Origin: Deltaproteobacteria bacterium
Lineage (GTDB): Bacteria; Myxococcota_A; Polyangia; HGW-17; JAJRWW01
DNA: 64,000 bases
NCBI GenBank assembly: GCA_029938605.1
Contig: JAOZUO010000004.1
Location: 23,048-87,047 of the forward strand
Direction of reading: 5' to 3'
Numbering within the stretch: position 1 is the first letter of the stretch; every line of letters begins with the position of its first letter. This document shows, piece by piece, positions 39,283 through 49,150 of the stretch. Both the position numbers and the translations under genes were made by a program. The notes under the pieces were generated by a model. That model had not been told where the DNA came from. It saw only the letters and a list, made by a program, of their open reading frames with translations, and did not search any database.

Positions 39283-39789
39283 TTACTTCTTGAGGCTTTT
39301 GCAGGCCTTGACTGCGTTGGTCTGCTGAGCCGGGCGGTGGGCGGTGGTGGTGCACGTGTAGGCTTTGCCACCAATCGTGCGGTGGACCCGGACAAAATAG
39401 TTTGTGCCCATGCCGCCCTTGTTCTCGAAGGTGAACACCCATCCATCACTCAGCTTTTCAGTTTTGATGTTCTTGGGGGTGAACATCTCGGCTTTCTTTT
39501 TTGCCTCCTGGACGGTTTTGGGATCAGAAGCACCGGCCGGGGCGATGGAGACCACCAAGCCAGGGGCCTGGATCAACACGCCCGTGCCCATTATGCCCTT
39601 GCTGATGTTGGCCCCCGCGGGCAGATCGATCTTGAGGCCATCGACCTGCTTCAGGACCGTGGCTTTGGGCTCGGCTGATTTTTTTGCCTTGGGCTCGGCC
39701 GATTTGCTTTTTGAAGAGTCCCCGGATGAGGGTTTGCCACAGGCCACCAGGCCCACAATGGCGACTAGAAACAGTGCAGTGATTTTCAT
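39283..39789 (-). CDS. Hypothetical lipoprotein
   Basis: Lipobox LVAC; Lys-rich. Confidence 0.75.
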   Translation of the reverse strand: MKITALFLVAIVGLVACGKPSSGDSSKSKSAEPKAKKSAEPKATVLKQVDGLKIDLPAGANISKGIMGTGVLIQAPGLVVSIAPAGASDPKTVQEAKKKAEMFTPKNIKTEKLSDGWVFTFENKGGMGTNYFVRVHRTIGGKAYTCTTTAHRPAQQTNAVKACKSLKK

Positions 39790-39802
39790 GATTGGTTCTC
39801 CT

Positions 39803-40495
39803 TTATAGGTTGGCGATCTTTTTGGTTCGGATCACGGTCAGGTCGTTGCAGGGTTTGCCCTTGGCGCGCTTGCGGGCGGTGCGGGTGTCGCAGTGGCCCT
39901 TGGCGTTGGCGGGGTAGCTCACTTTGATCTTGCGTACAGTGATGGTCACCCCGGTCCCTTCTGATACCACCGTGCTGGTGGCTGTGTGACCGTTTTTACA
40001 CACCGACTTTCTGAAAAACCCCGTGAAGTACTCGGCGCCTGTGAGCTTCCCTTTGGTGATCTCGCGGAAGTTGAAGTGGAAGGTCCCCCCCTCCCACTTC
40101 TGGACGTGCTTTCGACACTCGGCCACGGTCCCGCAGGAATAGGCCATCAGCGCCTTGCGAACCATCAGCTCCCCCATCACGAGCACCACGAAGCCGTCGC
40201 GCCCCTCGTCCGACAACACGGCCCCCTCGGCGGTGCAGACCTTCGGGTTGTGCGTCGTCTTCGTGATCTTGTAGATGCCGAGCAGCGGCGTCGCCTTGGC
40301 GATGACCGCCTTTTCCCGCTCAGCGGCGGTGTCCTTGTCCGACTTGTTGCCTTTGCAAGCGCTCAGGGCTAAGGTGCCCAGACCGCCTGAGATCCCGACG
40401 TAGAAAACAGGGACGGTGGGGATCAACACCGCGACCAGGGCGGCGCGAAAACGGTTGCGTAAACAGGGACCATACTGACGATTGGTTTTGCTCAT
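39803..40495 (-). CDS. Hypothetical lipoprotein-like exported protein
   Basis: Long hydrophobic leader ending in LSAC; six further Cys; Lys-rich. Confidence 0.65.
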   Translation of the reverse strand: MSKTNRQYGPCLRNRFRAALVAVLIPTVPVFYVGISGGLGTLALSACKGNKSDKDTAAEREKAVIAKATPLLGIYKITKTTHNPKVCTAEGAVLSDEGRDGFVVLVMGELMVRKALMAYSCGTVAECRKHVQKWEGGTFHFNFREITKGKLTGAEYFTGFFRKSVCKNGHTATSTVVSEGTGVTITVRKIKVSYPANAKGHCDTRTARKRAKGKPCNDLTVIRTKKIANL

Positions 40496-40530
40496 TGAAG
40501 GAGTATCGGGGATGAGGGCAGAGGGGTCAA

Positions 40531-40570
40531 CCGGCGCCTGACACCGGCGCCTGACACCGGCGCCTGACAC
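40531..40570 (+). repeat. 13-bp tandem repeat x3
   Basis: CCGGCGCCTGACA repeated in a divergent intergenic region. Confidence 0.85.
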
Positions 40571-40609
40571 ACCCGAATTTTCGACTCGGGATCGCCAAGC
40601 TACAAGCTA

Positions 40610-42034
40610 TTGGATCCCCGACGATCCTTGTTTCCCGTATACTACTGCCCGGGAGAAAAAACATTGGGACATCACATCTGGAGCAAAGGGCCCACCGTAC
40701 GATCCCGCGTCAGTCGCGGCATAACCGGCCAACGCAGCGGGCAGGACGTTGCTGAGATCCCCTACAAGAAAGGATTCTGGGCCAACTACGGCTGGCAGAC
40801 TCTGGTCAGCCTGGCGGTGTGCCAGGGGGCATTGATTGTACTGGTGACCAGCTGGGAGGAGCTGTTCGCCGCGGGGGGGATACTCCACCTTAGCTTCGTG
40901 GTTGCCGTGTTCCTGGGGAGCGGTGTCACGCCGCTGTGGCTCTGGGGCAGCTACCGCGCCCTCGCCAAGGTGTTCGGCGACGTGGAGGATCACAAGCCGG
41001 TTCTGGCGCCGAAGCTGATCAAGGAGCACCCGAACCCCACGGTGTACGTGGACCACACCCATGTGGTGATCGCCGGGGTGATTCTTCTGGTCCTGGGGGC
41101 GGCGGATCTGCTGTTCGGCTATGCGGTGGTCTTTGGGGGGGTGAGATCCGGCAACGCCATCACGCTCGTCTGGCGCCTCTTCGGGATGTACCAGATACTG
41201 GAGGGCGTGGTGGTGCTGGGGCTGGGGGTCGCCACCCTGTTGGGCAAAGTCCGCGCCGCGGGGCTCGCCTTTATCTTCATGGTCGCGGGCTGGGGTGCGG
41301 CGCTGGCGACCCTGAGCATCCTGCCCATCGTGGTCCGCGCGACGGCGGCGGTGCTGGTCTGGCGCGGATACCAGTCCCTGCGGGAAATAACCAACCGCAT
41401 CATCGAGCCGGAAAAGGAGGACGCCCTCACTGTGTACTATCACAATATCCTGGCGGTCCTGGTTTGGGTGATGCGAGCCGACGGACAGTGCGACCGCCGA
41501 GAGAAGGCCAAGATGACGACCCTGCTCGGCAGCGTTCACCTGTCGCGCTTCGAACGTGATCTCGTGATCTCCGAGGCCAACCAGAGCGAGCGCCCGTCGA
41601 ACATCGAATCCACGGTTCGACGGTATCTCGAAGCGGCCGAGGCCCTCGATATAGTGGCCCCGGATCTGCACCTGATCACCGCCGCGCAGATCGTGGCCGC
41701 GGCAGACGGCGTGCTGCACGCTGAGGAAGCCACCGCCATCGGCGACATAGGCCGCTGGCTCGGGATGGATTCGGACGAGGTGGACGCCCTACTAGACCAG
41801 CACACGGCCTCCATGGACCTTGACGCCATAGACGGGGTTCGGGCCCGGGCGCTGCTGAACCTGGATTCCGACGCTTCCCCCGCCGACGCAAAGGTGGCCC
41901 TCGAGGCCTACAGGCAGGAGTATCACCCCGATCGCTTCGGACACCTGGGGAGCGCCATGGCTGACCACGCCGCCCGCCGTCTCCTGGCCGTGACCCGCGC
42001 CTACGAGATCCTGCAGGCGCAGACTACCGCTTGA
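40610..42034 (+). CDS. Membrane protein with TerB-like and C-terminal J-domain (DjlA-like)
   Basis: N-terminal TM helices, VMRADG...E and AAADG..H.EE TerB motifs, YHPDR J-domain motif; start uncertain. Confidence 0.75.
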   Translation: MDPRRSLFPVYYCPGEKTLGHHIWSKGPTVRSRVSRGITGQRSGQDVAEIPYKKGFWANYGWQTLVSLAVCQGALIVLVTSWEELFAAGGILHLSFVVAVFLGSGVTPLWLWGSYRALAKVFGDVEDHKPVLAPKLIKEHPNPTVYVDHTHVVIAGVILLVLGAADLLFGYAVVFGGVRSGNAITLVWRLFGMYQILEGVVVLGLGVATLLGKVRAAGLAFIFMVAGWGAALATLSILPIVVRATAAVLVWRGYQSLREITNRIIEPEKEDALTVYYHNILAVLVWVMRADGQCDRREKAKMTTLLGSVHLSRFERDLVISEANQSERPSNIESTVRRYLEAAEALDIVAPDLHLITAAQIVAAADGVLHAEEATAIGDIGRWLGMDSDEVDALLDQHTASMDLDAIDGVRARALLNLDSDASPADAKVALEAYRQEYHPDRFGHLGSAMADHAARRLLAVTRAYEILQAQTTA

Positions 42035-42046
42035 GCCACAACTCCT

Positions 42047-42466
42047 TTACTCACTGTCCCCGTCCCCGTCTTTCCAGTACGTCGCTCGCTCGGCAATCAC
42101 CCACCGCACGCCACCGCGCGGGTCGGGAACATCCCCCCGCCACCGCGGGATCACGTGCAGATGACAATGCATCACCGTTTGCCCCGCCGCCTCGCCATCG
42201 TTCACGCCGATATTGAAACCATCCGGAGGTGGATCGAGCTCGATGGCCAGCGAACCACGCACCTGTTCGGCCAGCGTCCATAGGTCGGCCAACTCTTGGG
42301 CGGTACAGTCAGCGAGCCGACCCACATGCCTTCGAGGGACAACCAACGTGTGACCTTCAGCGACCGGGTAGGCGTCGCGGACGGCGACGGCCAGTGCAGT
42401 CGACTGCAGCTCACGCTTCGGTGAGAGAGCACAAAAGGGGCAAGAGTTGGCTTCTGGGGACTGCAT
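42047..42466 (-). CDS. HIT family hydrolase
   Basis: CPFC, GHTLVVPRRH, GFNIGVNDGEAAGQTVMHCHLHVIPR. Confidence 0.9.
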   Translation of the reverse strand: MQSPEANSCPFCALSPKRELQSTALAVAVRDAYPVAEGHTLVVPRRHVGRLADCTAQELADLWTLAEQVRGSLAIELDPPPDGFNIGVNDGEAAGQTVMHCHLHVIPRWRGDVPDPRGGVRWVIAERATYWKDGDGDSE

Positions 42467-42556
42467 GGGTTGGGAGTATATCTTATTGGACCTCGGTCGT
42501 TGGTCATTGTCCCGCTGGTTATTAGGATTTATACTCGGGCTGGTGATTACAGGAAA

Positions 42557-44188
42557 ATGACACACATTAACGTCCAACGATGGGAACCCATCACGTCGCT
42601 TGCCCGGCAGCGTCCGCTTGGTGCTTTGGGTTGGCTGCTTCTGGCCTTTGGGGCGATCACCCTGGGAGCGTCTTCGGGCTGCCTCACCGACTTCTCCTCG
42701 CCGGGCTCCGGAGATGGAGGGGGCGCGGGCATTTGCGGCAACGGCATCGTGGAGGGTGCGGAGGCCTGCGATGACGGAGCGCTGAACCCCGGGGACGGGT
42801 GCGACGCCACCTGCCATTTGGAGCCGGGGTGGAACTGCTTCGGAGAGCCCAGCGTCTGCGCCATGTCTTGCGGCAACCTGGCGCTTGATCCGGGGGAGGA
42901 TTGTGACGGCAACCTGCTGGGCGGGGCTACCTGCGAGACCGTCTATGCCGGCTTTGATGGCGGAGACCTGGGGTGTACCGAGGCCTGCTTCTTTGACACC
43001 GCCAACTGTCACCTGCCCGGGTGTGGCGACGGGATGGTGGGCGTCAACGAGGAGTGCGACGACGGGAACACCTCCAACTCAGATGATTGCCTGAACAACT
43101 GTAGCGCCGCAGTGTGCGGCGACGGCTACATCCGCGCCGGCGTGGAGGAGTGCGACGACGCCAACGTCTATGACACTGACTACTGCACCAACGCGTGCAA
43201 GAACGCGGTGTGCGGCGACGGCTTCGTCTGGGTGGGGGTGGAGGTCTGCGACGACGGCAACGCCAGCTTGACCGACGGCTGCCCGGATGGGGCCATGGGC
43301 ACATGCCAACCGGCGGTGTGCGGGGACGGCCACGTCTGGGTGGGGCACGAGACCTGTGACGACCAGAACACCTCCAACACCGACGCCTGCCCCAGCAGCT
43401 GTGTTGCCGCCACCTGCGGGGACGGCTACGTCTGGTCGGGGAATGAACAGTGCGATGACGGGGACACCTCCAATTCGAATGACTGCCTTACGAACTGTAT
43501 CCACGCCACCTGTGGGGACGGCTACGTCTGGGTGGGCCACGAGACCTGTGACGACCAGAACACCTCCAACACCGACGCCTGCCTCAGCAACTGCGTCGCC
43601 GCCTTCTGTGGGGATGGCTACATTCGCGCCGGCTCGGAGGCGTGCGACGACGGAAACACCTCGAGCGGGGACGGCTGCAGCGCCTCGTGCACGGTGGAGT
43701 GTACGGGCTCTCTCACCACCACGTACACCGGCGGCGACTGGTTGTACCCGGGCGCCCTCATGTTCGAGGTCAGGGCGCTGACGGCCATGGAGCTCACCGG
43801 CATGGACGTGAGCCTGGAAGGCGACCCCACGGTGGACGTGGTAATTTACTATCGGCGTGGTATCTACGCTGGCCATGAGTCCACTCAGGCCGACTGGATC
43901 CTCCACACCACGGTGTCGGGCATCACCGCGGCGGGCATTCATCAACCCACATCGATTTCCATGCCCACGCTCTCGATGAGCAGCGGGGAGCTGATCTCCC
44001 TGTACGTGGCCACCACCTCGTCGAATCAGAAGATATTCAGCAATGTCGGGACCAGTGAGGGCGCAGTGTACAGGTCCAACTCATTTTTGACGGTGTATGA
44101 GGGGATCTCCCTGTACCACGCTTTCAGCACCACCCAATACTCGCCCCGGGTCTTTAACGGAACCCTCTACTACGACATCTGTCCCTAG
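42557..44188 (+). CDS. Myxococcus Cys-rich repeat (DUF4215-like) surface protein
   Basis: About ten CG(D/N)G...E.CDD.N....D.C...C repeats and a C-terminal beta domain. Confidence 0.85.
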   Translation: MTHINVQRWEPITSLARQRPLGALGWLLLAFGAITLGASSGCLTDFSSPGSGDGGGAGICGNGIVEGAEACDDGALNPGDGCDATCHLEPGWNCFGEPSVCAMSCGNLALDPGEDCDGNLLGGATCETVYAGFDGGDLGCTEACFFDTANCHLPGCGDGMVGVNEECDDGNTSNSDDCLNNCSAAVCGDGYIRAGVEECDDANVYDTDYCTNACKNAVCGDGFVWVGVEVCDDGNASLTDGCPDGAMGTCQPAVCGDGHVWVGHETCDDQNTSNTDACPSSCVAATCGDGYVWSGNEQCDDGDTSNSNDCLTNCIHATCGDGYVWVGHETCDDQNTSNTDACLSNCVAAFCGDGYIRAGSEACDDGNTSSGDGCSASCTVECTGSLTTTYTGGDWLYPGALMFEVRALTAMELTGMDVSLEGDPTVDVVIYYRRGIYAGHESTQADWILHTTVSGITAAGIHQPTSISMPTLSMSSGELISLYVATTSSNQKIFSNVGTSEGAVYRSNSFLTVYEGISLYHAFSTTQYSPRVFNGTLYYDICP

Positions 44189-44192
44189 ACAA

Positions 44193-45209
44193 TCAAGACA
44201 GTTGCCCGACGAGCCGCAGCACGGCGGTGGCCACGTCCGGAGTCGGGAGCGGTGGCGGGGTTCGCTGGCCGGCGTTGAGCTCCCCCAGGAAGCGACGTAG
44301 CCGCTGGGGAGTGAAGGAGCCGAAGGTGCACCCGTCGCCCAGGCCGGCGCCACGAAGCATCTCCACGTTGAAGCGTTGCTCGTCGTCGTCTGCGTCGTAC
44401 AGGGCGAACTGGCTCACGCCCAAAAAGACGCACTCGGACATGAGCTGGCTCCCCGCAGAGGAGACCACCGCCGGGGCTGTGCGCAGTCCTTCGACAAAGT
44501 CGGCGCGATTCAGTGATCGGACGTTGATGGCGGCACGGGGCGGGTGGATGTGGCGGGTGAACAGGGTCACCGGGTGGCCGTGGTCTGCCAGCGCATCGAG
44601 CACTGCGTGGGCGTTGTTGTCCCGGAAGTAGGCCACCAGGGGGGCGTTTGGGTCGGGGTGAGGCGGTGAGGCCAGCAGGTCGGGCGGCAGGGCGGGTGAC
44701 GCTACGGTGGTGTGGACGGGATCCAGGGGTCGAAGCCTGACGAAGGACACCGCCACATGGTGGGTCGCGCCGAGGGACGACGCGCGGACCTTGAGCCCCT
44801 CTCGCCACCAGGCGCCGCGGTTCACCCCGGGCGGTCGGTGGCACGTGCCGGCCACGAGCCCGTGCCCCACCACCACGGTCGGGATATCGTGCAGGCGTGC
44901 AGCGATCAGGCCCGGGAGATCCGAGTCCGAGACCACGACGCTGGGGCGGTGGACCCGTTGGGCGGCGAGTGCCTCTCCCACTCGCCAGGCCACCAGAGGC
45001 GGCGTTCGTAGGCTGAATCGAGAGGGTATGCTTTGCACCCGACGACACTCGGTGACTTCGCGCACCAGGAGGGTGGCGTCCTCCCCGGCGAAGGCCAGCA
45101 CCCGGTAGCCCGCCTCGTTCAGAGCGCGGATTACGGCCACCGATCGCGTGGCGTGTTCCAGGCCGCGGCCGTGGACGTAATAGTGCACCAGTTTGTTGTT
45201 GGTGGGCAT
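44193..45209 (-). CDS. Glycosyltransferase (GT-B, MJ1255-like)
   Basis: YYVHGRGLEHATRS, VVSDSD, SSAGSQLMSE, EQRFN motifs. Confidence 0.78.
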   Translation of the reverse strand: MPTNNKLVHYYVHGRGLEHATRSVAVIRALNEAGYRVLAFAGEDATLLVREVTECRRVQSIPSRFSLRTPPLVAWRVGEALAAQRVHRPSVVVSDSDLPGLIAARLHDIPTVVVGHGLVAGTCHRPPGVNRGAWWREGLKVRASSLGATHHVAVSFVRLRPLDPVHTTVASPALPPDLLASPPHPDPNAPLVAYFRDNNAHAVLDALADHGHPVTLFTRHIHPPRAAINVRSLNRADFVEGLRTAPAVVSSAGSQLMSECVFLGVSQFALYDADDDEQRFNVEMLRGAGLGDGCTFGSFTPQRLRRFLGELNAGQRTPPPLPTPDVATAVLRLVGQLS

Positions 45210-45310
45210 AGGGTTTGATCAATGAAGCGCCCGCGATGGGGCGCACCTCCGGTCCGGGAGTATCTCCCGATCCTCTAGCGCCGGTCAAGGGCACCCCAGA
45301 CCGGTAGGGA

Positions 45311-45829
45311 TTACTCGGTCTTGAGCCTGAGGTTGATGGCGTGCAGGATCTCTGTATCCCGGTTGCGGGCGCGGCTTGTGATGGATCTTTGGTGGGTGGC
45401 CAGACCGATGTCCTCGTCGTTGATGTCTACTTGGAGGAGCTCGGCGATGAGGCGCACTAGCTCGGGGGGGGTGATGGGTTTTTCCAACACCCGTGCGGGG
45501 CGATGGTCCCGGGGGAAGGCGAGCAGTTGCCGCAGGGCCTCCTCGCCGAGCTCGTCCCGCAGGTGGGCGGTGATCAGGATGACCGGAATCCTCTCCCAGG
45601 GGCGGTTTTCGCGGAGCTTACGCAAAAAGGCCAGGCCGTTCATGCGCGGCATAACCATGTCGAGGGTGATCAAGTCCGGCGTGAGCGTGGCGAGCTGATC
45701 CAGGGCGTACTGACCGTCCTCGGCGGTGTGGACCACGAATCCGGCGTCTTCGGCGCAGGCCTCGAGGAACATGCGCACGTCCGGCTCGTCCTCCACTACC
45801 AGGATCGTTTTGTCATTCGCGTGTACCAT
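45311..45829 (-). CDS. Response regulator, paralog of 14357..14887
   Basis: VVEDEPDVRMFLEA, ITLDMVMP, ITAHLRDELGE, LEKP. Confidence 0.88.
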   Translation of the reverse strand: MVHANDKTILVVEDEPDVRMFLEACAEDAGFVVHTAEDGQYALDQLATLTPDLITLDMVMPRMNGLAFLRKLRENRPWERIPVILITAHLRDELGEEALRQLLAFPRDHRPARVLEKPITPPELVRLIAELLQVDINDEDIGLATHQRSITSRARNRDTEILHAINLRLKTE

Positions 45830-45837
45830 GGGAGATT

Positions 45838-47448
45838 CTAGAACTCATCCTCCCACTTGATGAATCCCTCTTTGACCTCCGTCATGGCGTTGACGATGAG
45901 CTCCACGAGGCCCGAGTAGATCAAGCTCTCCTTCTCCTTCATCTCGTAGCGGTCGAAGATGTCGCGGATCTGGCCCTTACAGTTGGAGCAGGGAGCGCAG
46001 ACGTACTTGGGGGTCTCGGGCCCGCGGCAGTCACCGAAGGCGTCGAGGATCTGGGTTAGCTTTTTGCGGCCCGCTACCTTGTGACGCCAGTCGGGGATGT
46101 TGTTGCGGGTCATGATGGCGAAGCCGCTGCCCCCGCCGCAGCAGTAGTTGTGGACCCCATGGGGCACCATCTCCCGGAACTGCGGGCAGAGCTTCTTCAC
46201 GATGTCCCGTTGGGGCTTGATGATGCCCATGAGCCGGGTGACATTGCAGGGGTCGTGGATGGTCACGGGGAAGTCGTTGCGGCTCGGATCAAAGTCGATC
46301 TTGCCCGACATGACGATCTCCCTGAGCAGCGGGAAACAGCTCTCCCGGGGGGTCAAGAGCTCTTGGGGCAGCACGCGGTCGGCGATGACCGTCAGGGCCT
46401 TGTGGGCGTGGCCACACTCGCCCAGGACGATCTTGTCCACGTTGAGCTTCTTGGCTGCGTTGGCGTGGAGCAGAGCCGTGCGGGCGTACTGCACGTCGTC
46501 GTAGAACACGCCGTAGTTGATGGAGTCGTAGGCCGCCAGGTCGCTCGACAGGGTCCAGGAGCGGATGATGCCGGCCTTTTTCGCCGCCTCGAGGATGATG
46601 CCGAAGGCCCCCACGTTGTCGGGCCAGGCGAGGATCTCCCCGGCGTTGTGGATGAGCAGGATCTCGGCGCCCTCCACGTCCCAGGGGGTCTCGTACTCGT
46701 AGCCGGTTATTTCGGAGATGTCCTCGTCGATGAATTCCATGTTGTCCTTGACCACCAGGGAGTTCATGTTTGTGGAGGAGCCGGATTTGAGCTGCAGCAT
46801 GGATCCGTTTTTGTGCAGCTCGGGGGTGGTGATGCCCATCTCCTGGCTGAAGATCTTGCGGATCTCCCGGGCCACGAGGCCGTTGTCCGCCCCAATGGGA
46901 CAGGTCTGGGCGCAGCGTCGGCAGAGGTTGCAGCGATAGGCGAGCTCCCCCAGCCGTGCCACGGCCTGCCAGGTCAGGTCGATCTTGCCGTTGCGCCAGT
47001 CCGACCACATCTCGCCCTTGATGTGCTTTTTATAGATGCGGCGGAACACCTCCGTCCGGTAGGTGGGCCGGTACATCTCGTTTTCGCCGCTGGCTTCGTA
47101 GATGTGGCAGGCCTGCGAGCAGGTGTTGCACTTGGCGCAGTGGTCCATGGTGGTGACCAACTGCGCCAGGAAGGTCCAGTTGTTCTCGGCGGTGAAGAGC
47201 TTCTCCATGCCTGAGAGGAACTTCTCCACGAAAGCCTTCTGTTCGGCGGGAGTCTTGGGCTTGGGGATGGGTAGAATCGCCGTGTCATCCAGGATGCAGG
47301 CGAAATCTTCCCTGGTGGCCTCGGAGATCTCGCCCCACGCGGGCTCCTCGACGTCGATGGGCAGGGGCATGAGGTCGGCGTTGTCCACGTGGGCGAGCTG
47401 CGGCGTATCCTTGGAGATGTCAGTGATGCGGACGAATTTGTTACTCAT
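45838..47448 (-). CDS. dsrK: DsrK-like Fe-S/CCG heterodisulfide-reductase-type subunit
   Basis: CAKCNTCSQAC, CNLCRRCAQTCP, ECGHA, HDPC, NYCCGGGSG, PCSNC; follows a DsrM-like gene. Confidence 0.78.
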   Translation of the reverse strand: MSNKFVRITDISKDTPQLAHVDNADLMPLPIDVEEPAWGEISEATREDFACILDDTAILPIPKPKTPAEQKAFVEKFLSGMEKLFTAENNWTFLAQLVTTMDHCAKCNTCSQACHIYEASGENEMYRPTYRTEVFRRIYKKHIKGEMWSDWRNGKIDLTWQAVARLGELAYRCNLCRRCAQTCPIGADNGLVAREIRKIFSQEMGITTPELHKNGSMLQLKSGSSTNMNSLVVKDNMEFIDEDISEITGYEYETPWDVEGAEILLIHNAGEILAWPDNVGAFGIILEAAKKAGIIRSWTLSSDLAAYDSINYGVFYDDVQYARTALLHANAAKKLNVDKIVLGECGHAHKALTVIADRVLPQELLTPRESCFPLLREIVMSGKIDFDPSRNDFPVTIHDPCNVTRLMGIIKPQRDIVKKLCPQFREMVPHGVHNYCCGGGSGFAIMTRNNIPDWRHKVAGRKKLTQILDAFGDCRGPETPKYVCAPCSNCKGQIRDIFDRYEMKEKESLIYSGLVELIVNAMTEVKEGFIKWEDEF

Positions 47449-47453
47449 GGTCT

Positions 47454-48401
47454 CTACTCCGGTTCACTGCCGTCGGGCCGCATGGGGTTGTAGCTCGCCA
47501 CCTCCACCCAGTTCTTTTTGCCGTCGGCGTGGATATGCTCGGCGGCCCAGGAGACGGGCTGGCCCAGTGCCTCGCCGATGCGCCTGTTGGTCTCGGGGTT
47601 GTCGATGTTCGGCTCGTCTCCCCAGCGGATGTCGTGCCACAGGAAGTACTTCATGAAAAAGTGCGACATGTGCGTGAGCGGGATGTAGGCGAGCAACACG
47701 AAGATGAGGATCATCTGCGTGGCGAAGAGGGAGGACTCGAACTTGATGAACTTGAAGGTTAAGAGGCTGTAGACGAAACCTCGCATGGTGTGGAACTCGG
47801 GGTCCACCGTACGCCAGGTGTACAGGGCCACGCTGACGGTCACCAGAAAGAGCGCCAGGTTGAAGTAGTGGCCCACCGACGAGTAGTTGCGTAGCTCGAT
47901 GTTGGTGAGGCGTCGCAGCCCGAGGCCCAGGGCGCCCACCGCGCACAGCACAAAGCCCACGGGACCGACGATGCTCGTCACAGCGATCATCAGCCCAGCT
48001 GTGCCACCGGCCCCCGGGAACATGGAGATCCCGGCGGCGTGCAGGATCGCACCGAAGATCAGGAGACCGGCGAAACCCGCCAGGACGTAGAGCCCGAAGT
48101 GGAAGGGGAAGCTCACCCACCACAGGGATTTGTTGTGCTCCCAGACGCCTTTGAGCAGGAGGATCTCGGGGATCATCACCTTCATCTCCCCGAACAGGGA
48201 GACCTCCCGCTTCTTCTTCCACCAGTCCACCTCCTCGAGATAGCCGCCACCCCACTCGGCGCGCTTGGCCTCGTGGGCCACGGGGTACAGCTCCCAGCGT
48301 ACGTGCTGGGGCAGCCTTTTGTAGGCCATGATCCGGGCAAACACGGCGCCTAGAAATACGACTATGGCCGTGTAGGCGACCAGGTAGGCAACGATTGACA
48401 T
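47454..48401 (-). CDS. dsrM: DsrM-like membrane cytochrome b (NarI family)
   Basis: RWELYPVAHE, SFPFHFGLY, YIPLTHMSHFF..Y motifs; multiple TM helices. Confidence 0.78.
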   Translation of the reverse strand: MSIVAYLVAYTAIVVFLGAVFARIMAYKRLPQHVRWELYPVAHEAKRAEWGGGYLEEVDWWKKKREVSLFGEMKVMIPEILLLKGVWEHNKSLWWVSFPFHFGLYVLAGFAGLLIFGAILHAAGISMFPGAGGTAGLMIAVTSIVGPVGFVLCAVGALGLGLRRLTNIELRNYSSVGHYFNLALFLVTVSVALYTWRTVDPEFHTMRGFVYSLLTFKFIKFESSLFATQMILIFVLLAYIPLTHMSHFFMKYFLWHDIRWGDEPNIDNPETNRRIGEALGQPVSWAAEHIHADGKKNWVEVASYNPMRPDGSEPE

Positions 48402-48456
48402 GGTGAATCTCCTCTCTTCGTCAGCGCTGGGGGCAATTGCGGTTCCTATAGGGCCC

Positions 48457-48837
48457 TTAGGAGAGGAGGTCCGCGATCATCTTCAGCAGCTTGTCCTGAT
48501 CGATGGGCTTGGCCATGAACCCCTCGGGATTGGGCACCTGTTTTCTCGATTTGAGAAAGTGCTCCATGGGCTCTCCCACGGCGGTGATGATCACCACCGG
48601 GATCTTCGCCAGGTCGGGGTCGTCCTTGAGCTTCCGATAGGACTTCACCCCGGACTGCTCCGGCATGGTGATGTCGAGGGTGATCAGGTCCGGCGACGCT
48701 TCCTGGGCCAGGTTCAGACCTTCGATGCCATTTGCGGCCTCGAGGGTGGTGTAGCCGTGATCGGACAGAAGCGACTTGAGAAATGTTCGCACGTCCGGCT
48801 CATCGTCGACGATCAGAATGGTCTTGTTCTCGCTCAT
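48457..48837 (-). CDS. Single-domain response regulator (DVU0259-like)
   Basis: IVDDEPDV, ITLDITMPEQSG, IITAV, FMAKP. Confidence 0.9.
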   Translation of the reverse strand: MSENKTILIVDDEPDVRTFLKSLLSDHGYTTLEAANGIEGLNLAQEASPDLITLDITMPEQSGVKSYRKLKDDPDLAKIPVVIITAVGEPMEHFLKSRKQVPNPEGFMAKPIDQDKLLKMIADLLS

Positions 48838-48852
48838 GATTCCTAGACGTCC

Positions 48853-49107
48853 TTAGGTCGTGGAGGGTTGTGGTGGTGGTTCGTCCGCGTTCGGTTCGTC
48901 CGCGTTGGATGCACCCGATTCCTGGTGCAGCTTCAGCTCGTTCTGGGCGAGGCTTCGGACCTTGTAGGCCTTGTCCCGCATGGAGCCGAACACGATTCCG
49001 CACCCGGCGTCGGTACGGCAGGCGTCCCCGGCCGAAGCCAGCGCGATCATCTCCTCGGAGAGGTGAATGGCCTGCCTGAGGTAATCGTCTGGGGTCTGGC
49101 TGTCCAT
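48853..49107 (-). CDS. Small helical Cys-containing hypothetical protein
   Basis: AAGGAG RBS; LA..GD..R.D.GCGI.FG..RD.AYK pattern, which I recall from small deltaproteobacterial hypothetical proteins. Confidence 0.8.
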   Translation of the reverse strand: MDSQTPDDYLRQAIHLSEEMIALASAGDACRTDAGCGIVFGSMRDKAYKVRSLAQNELKLHQESGASNADEPNADEPPPQPSTT

Positions 49108-49150
49108 CGGGTTGCACGCTCCTTATGGTTGGGCTGCGACCGATACCCAA

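Noticed and set aside
47454-48401. Respiratory nitrate reductase gamma subunit (also 8212-8868)
   Set aside because: NarI-family fold only; the partners are CCG-domain proteins and no narGH is present.
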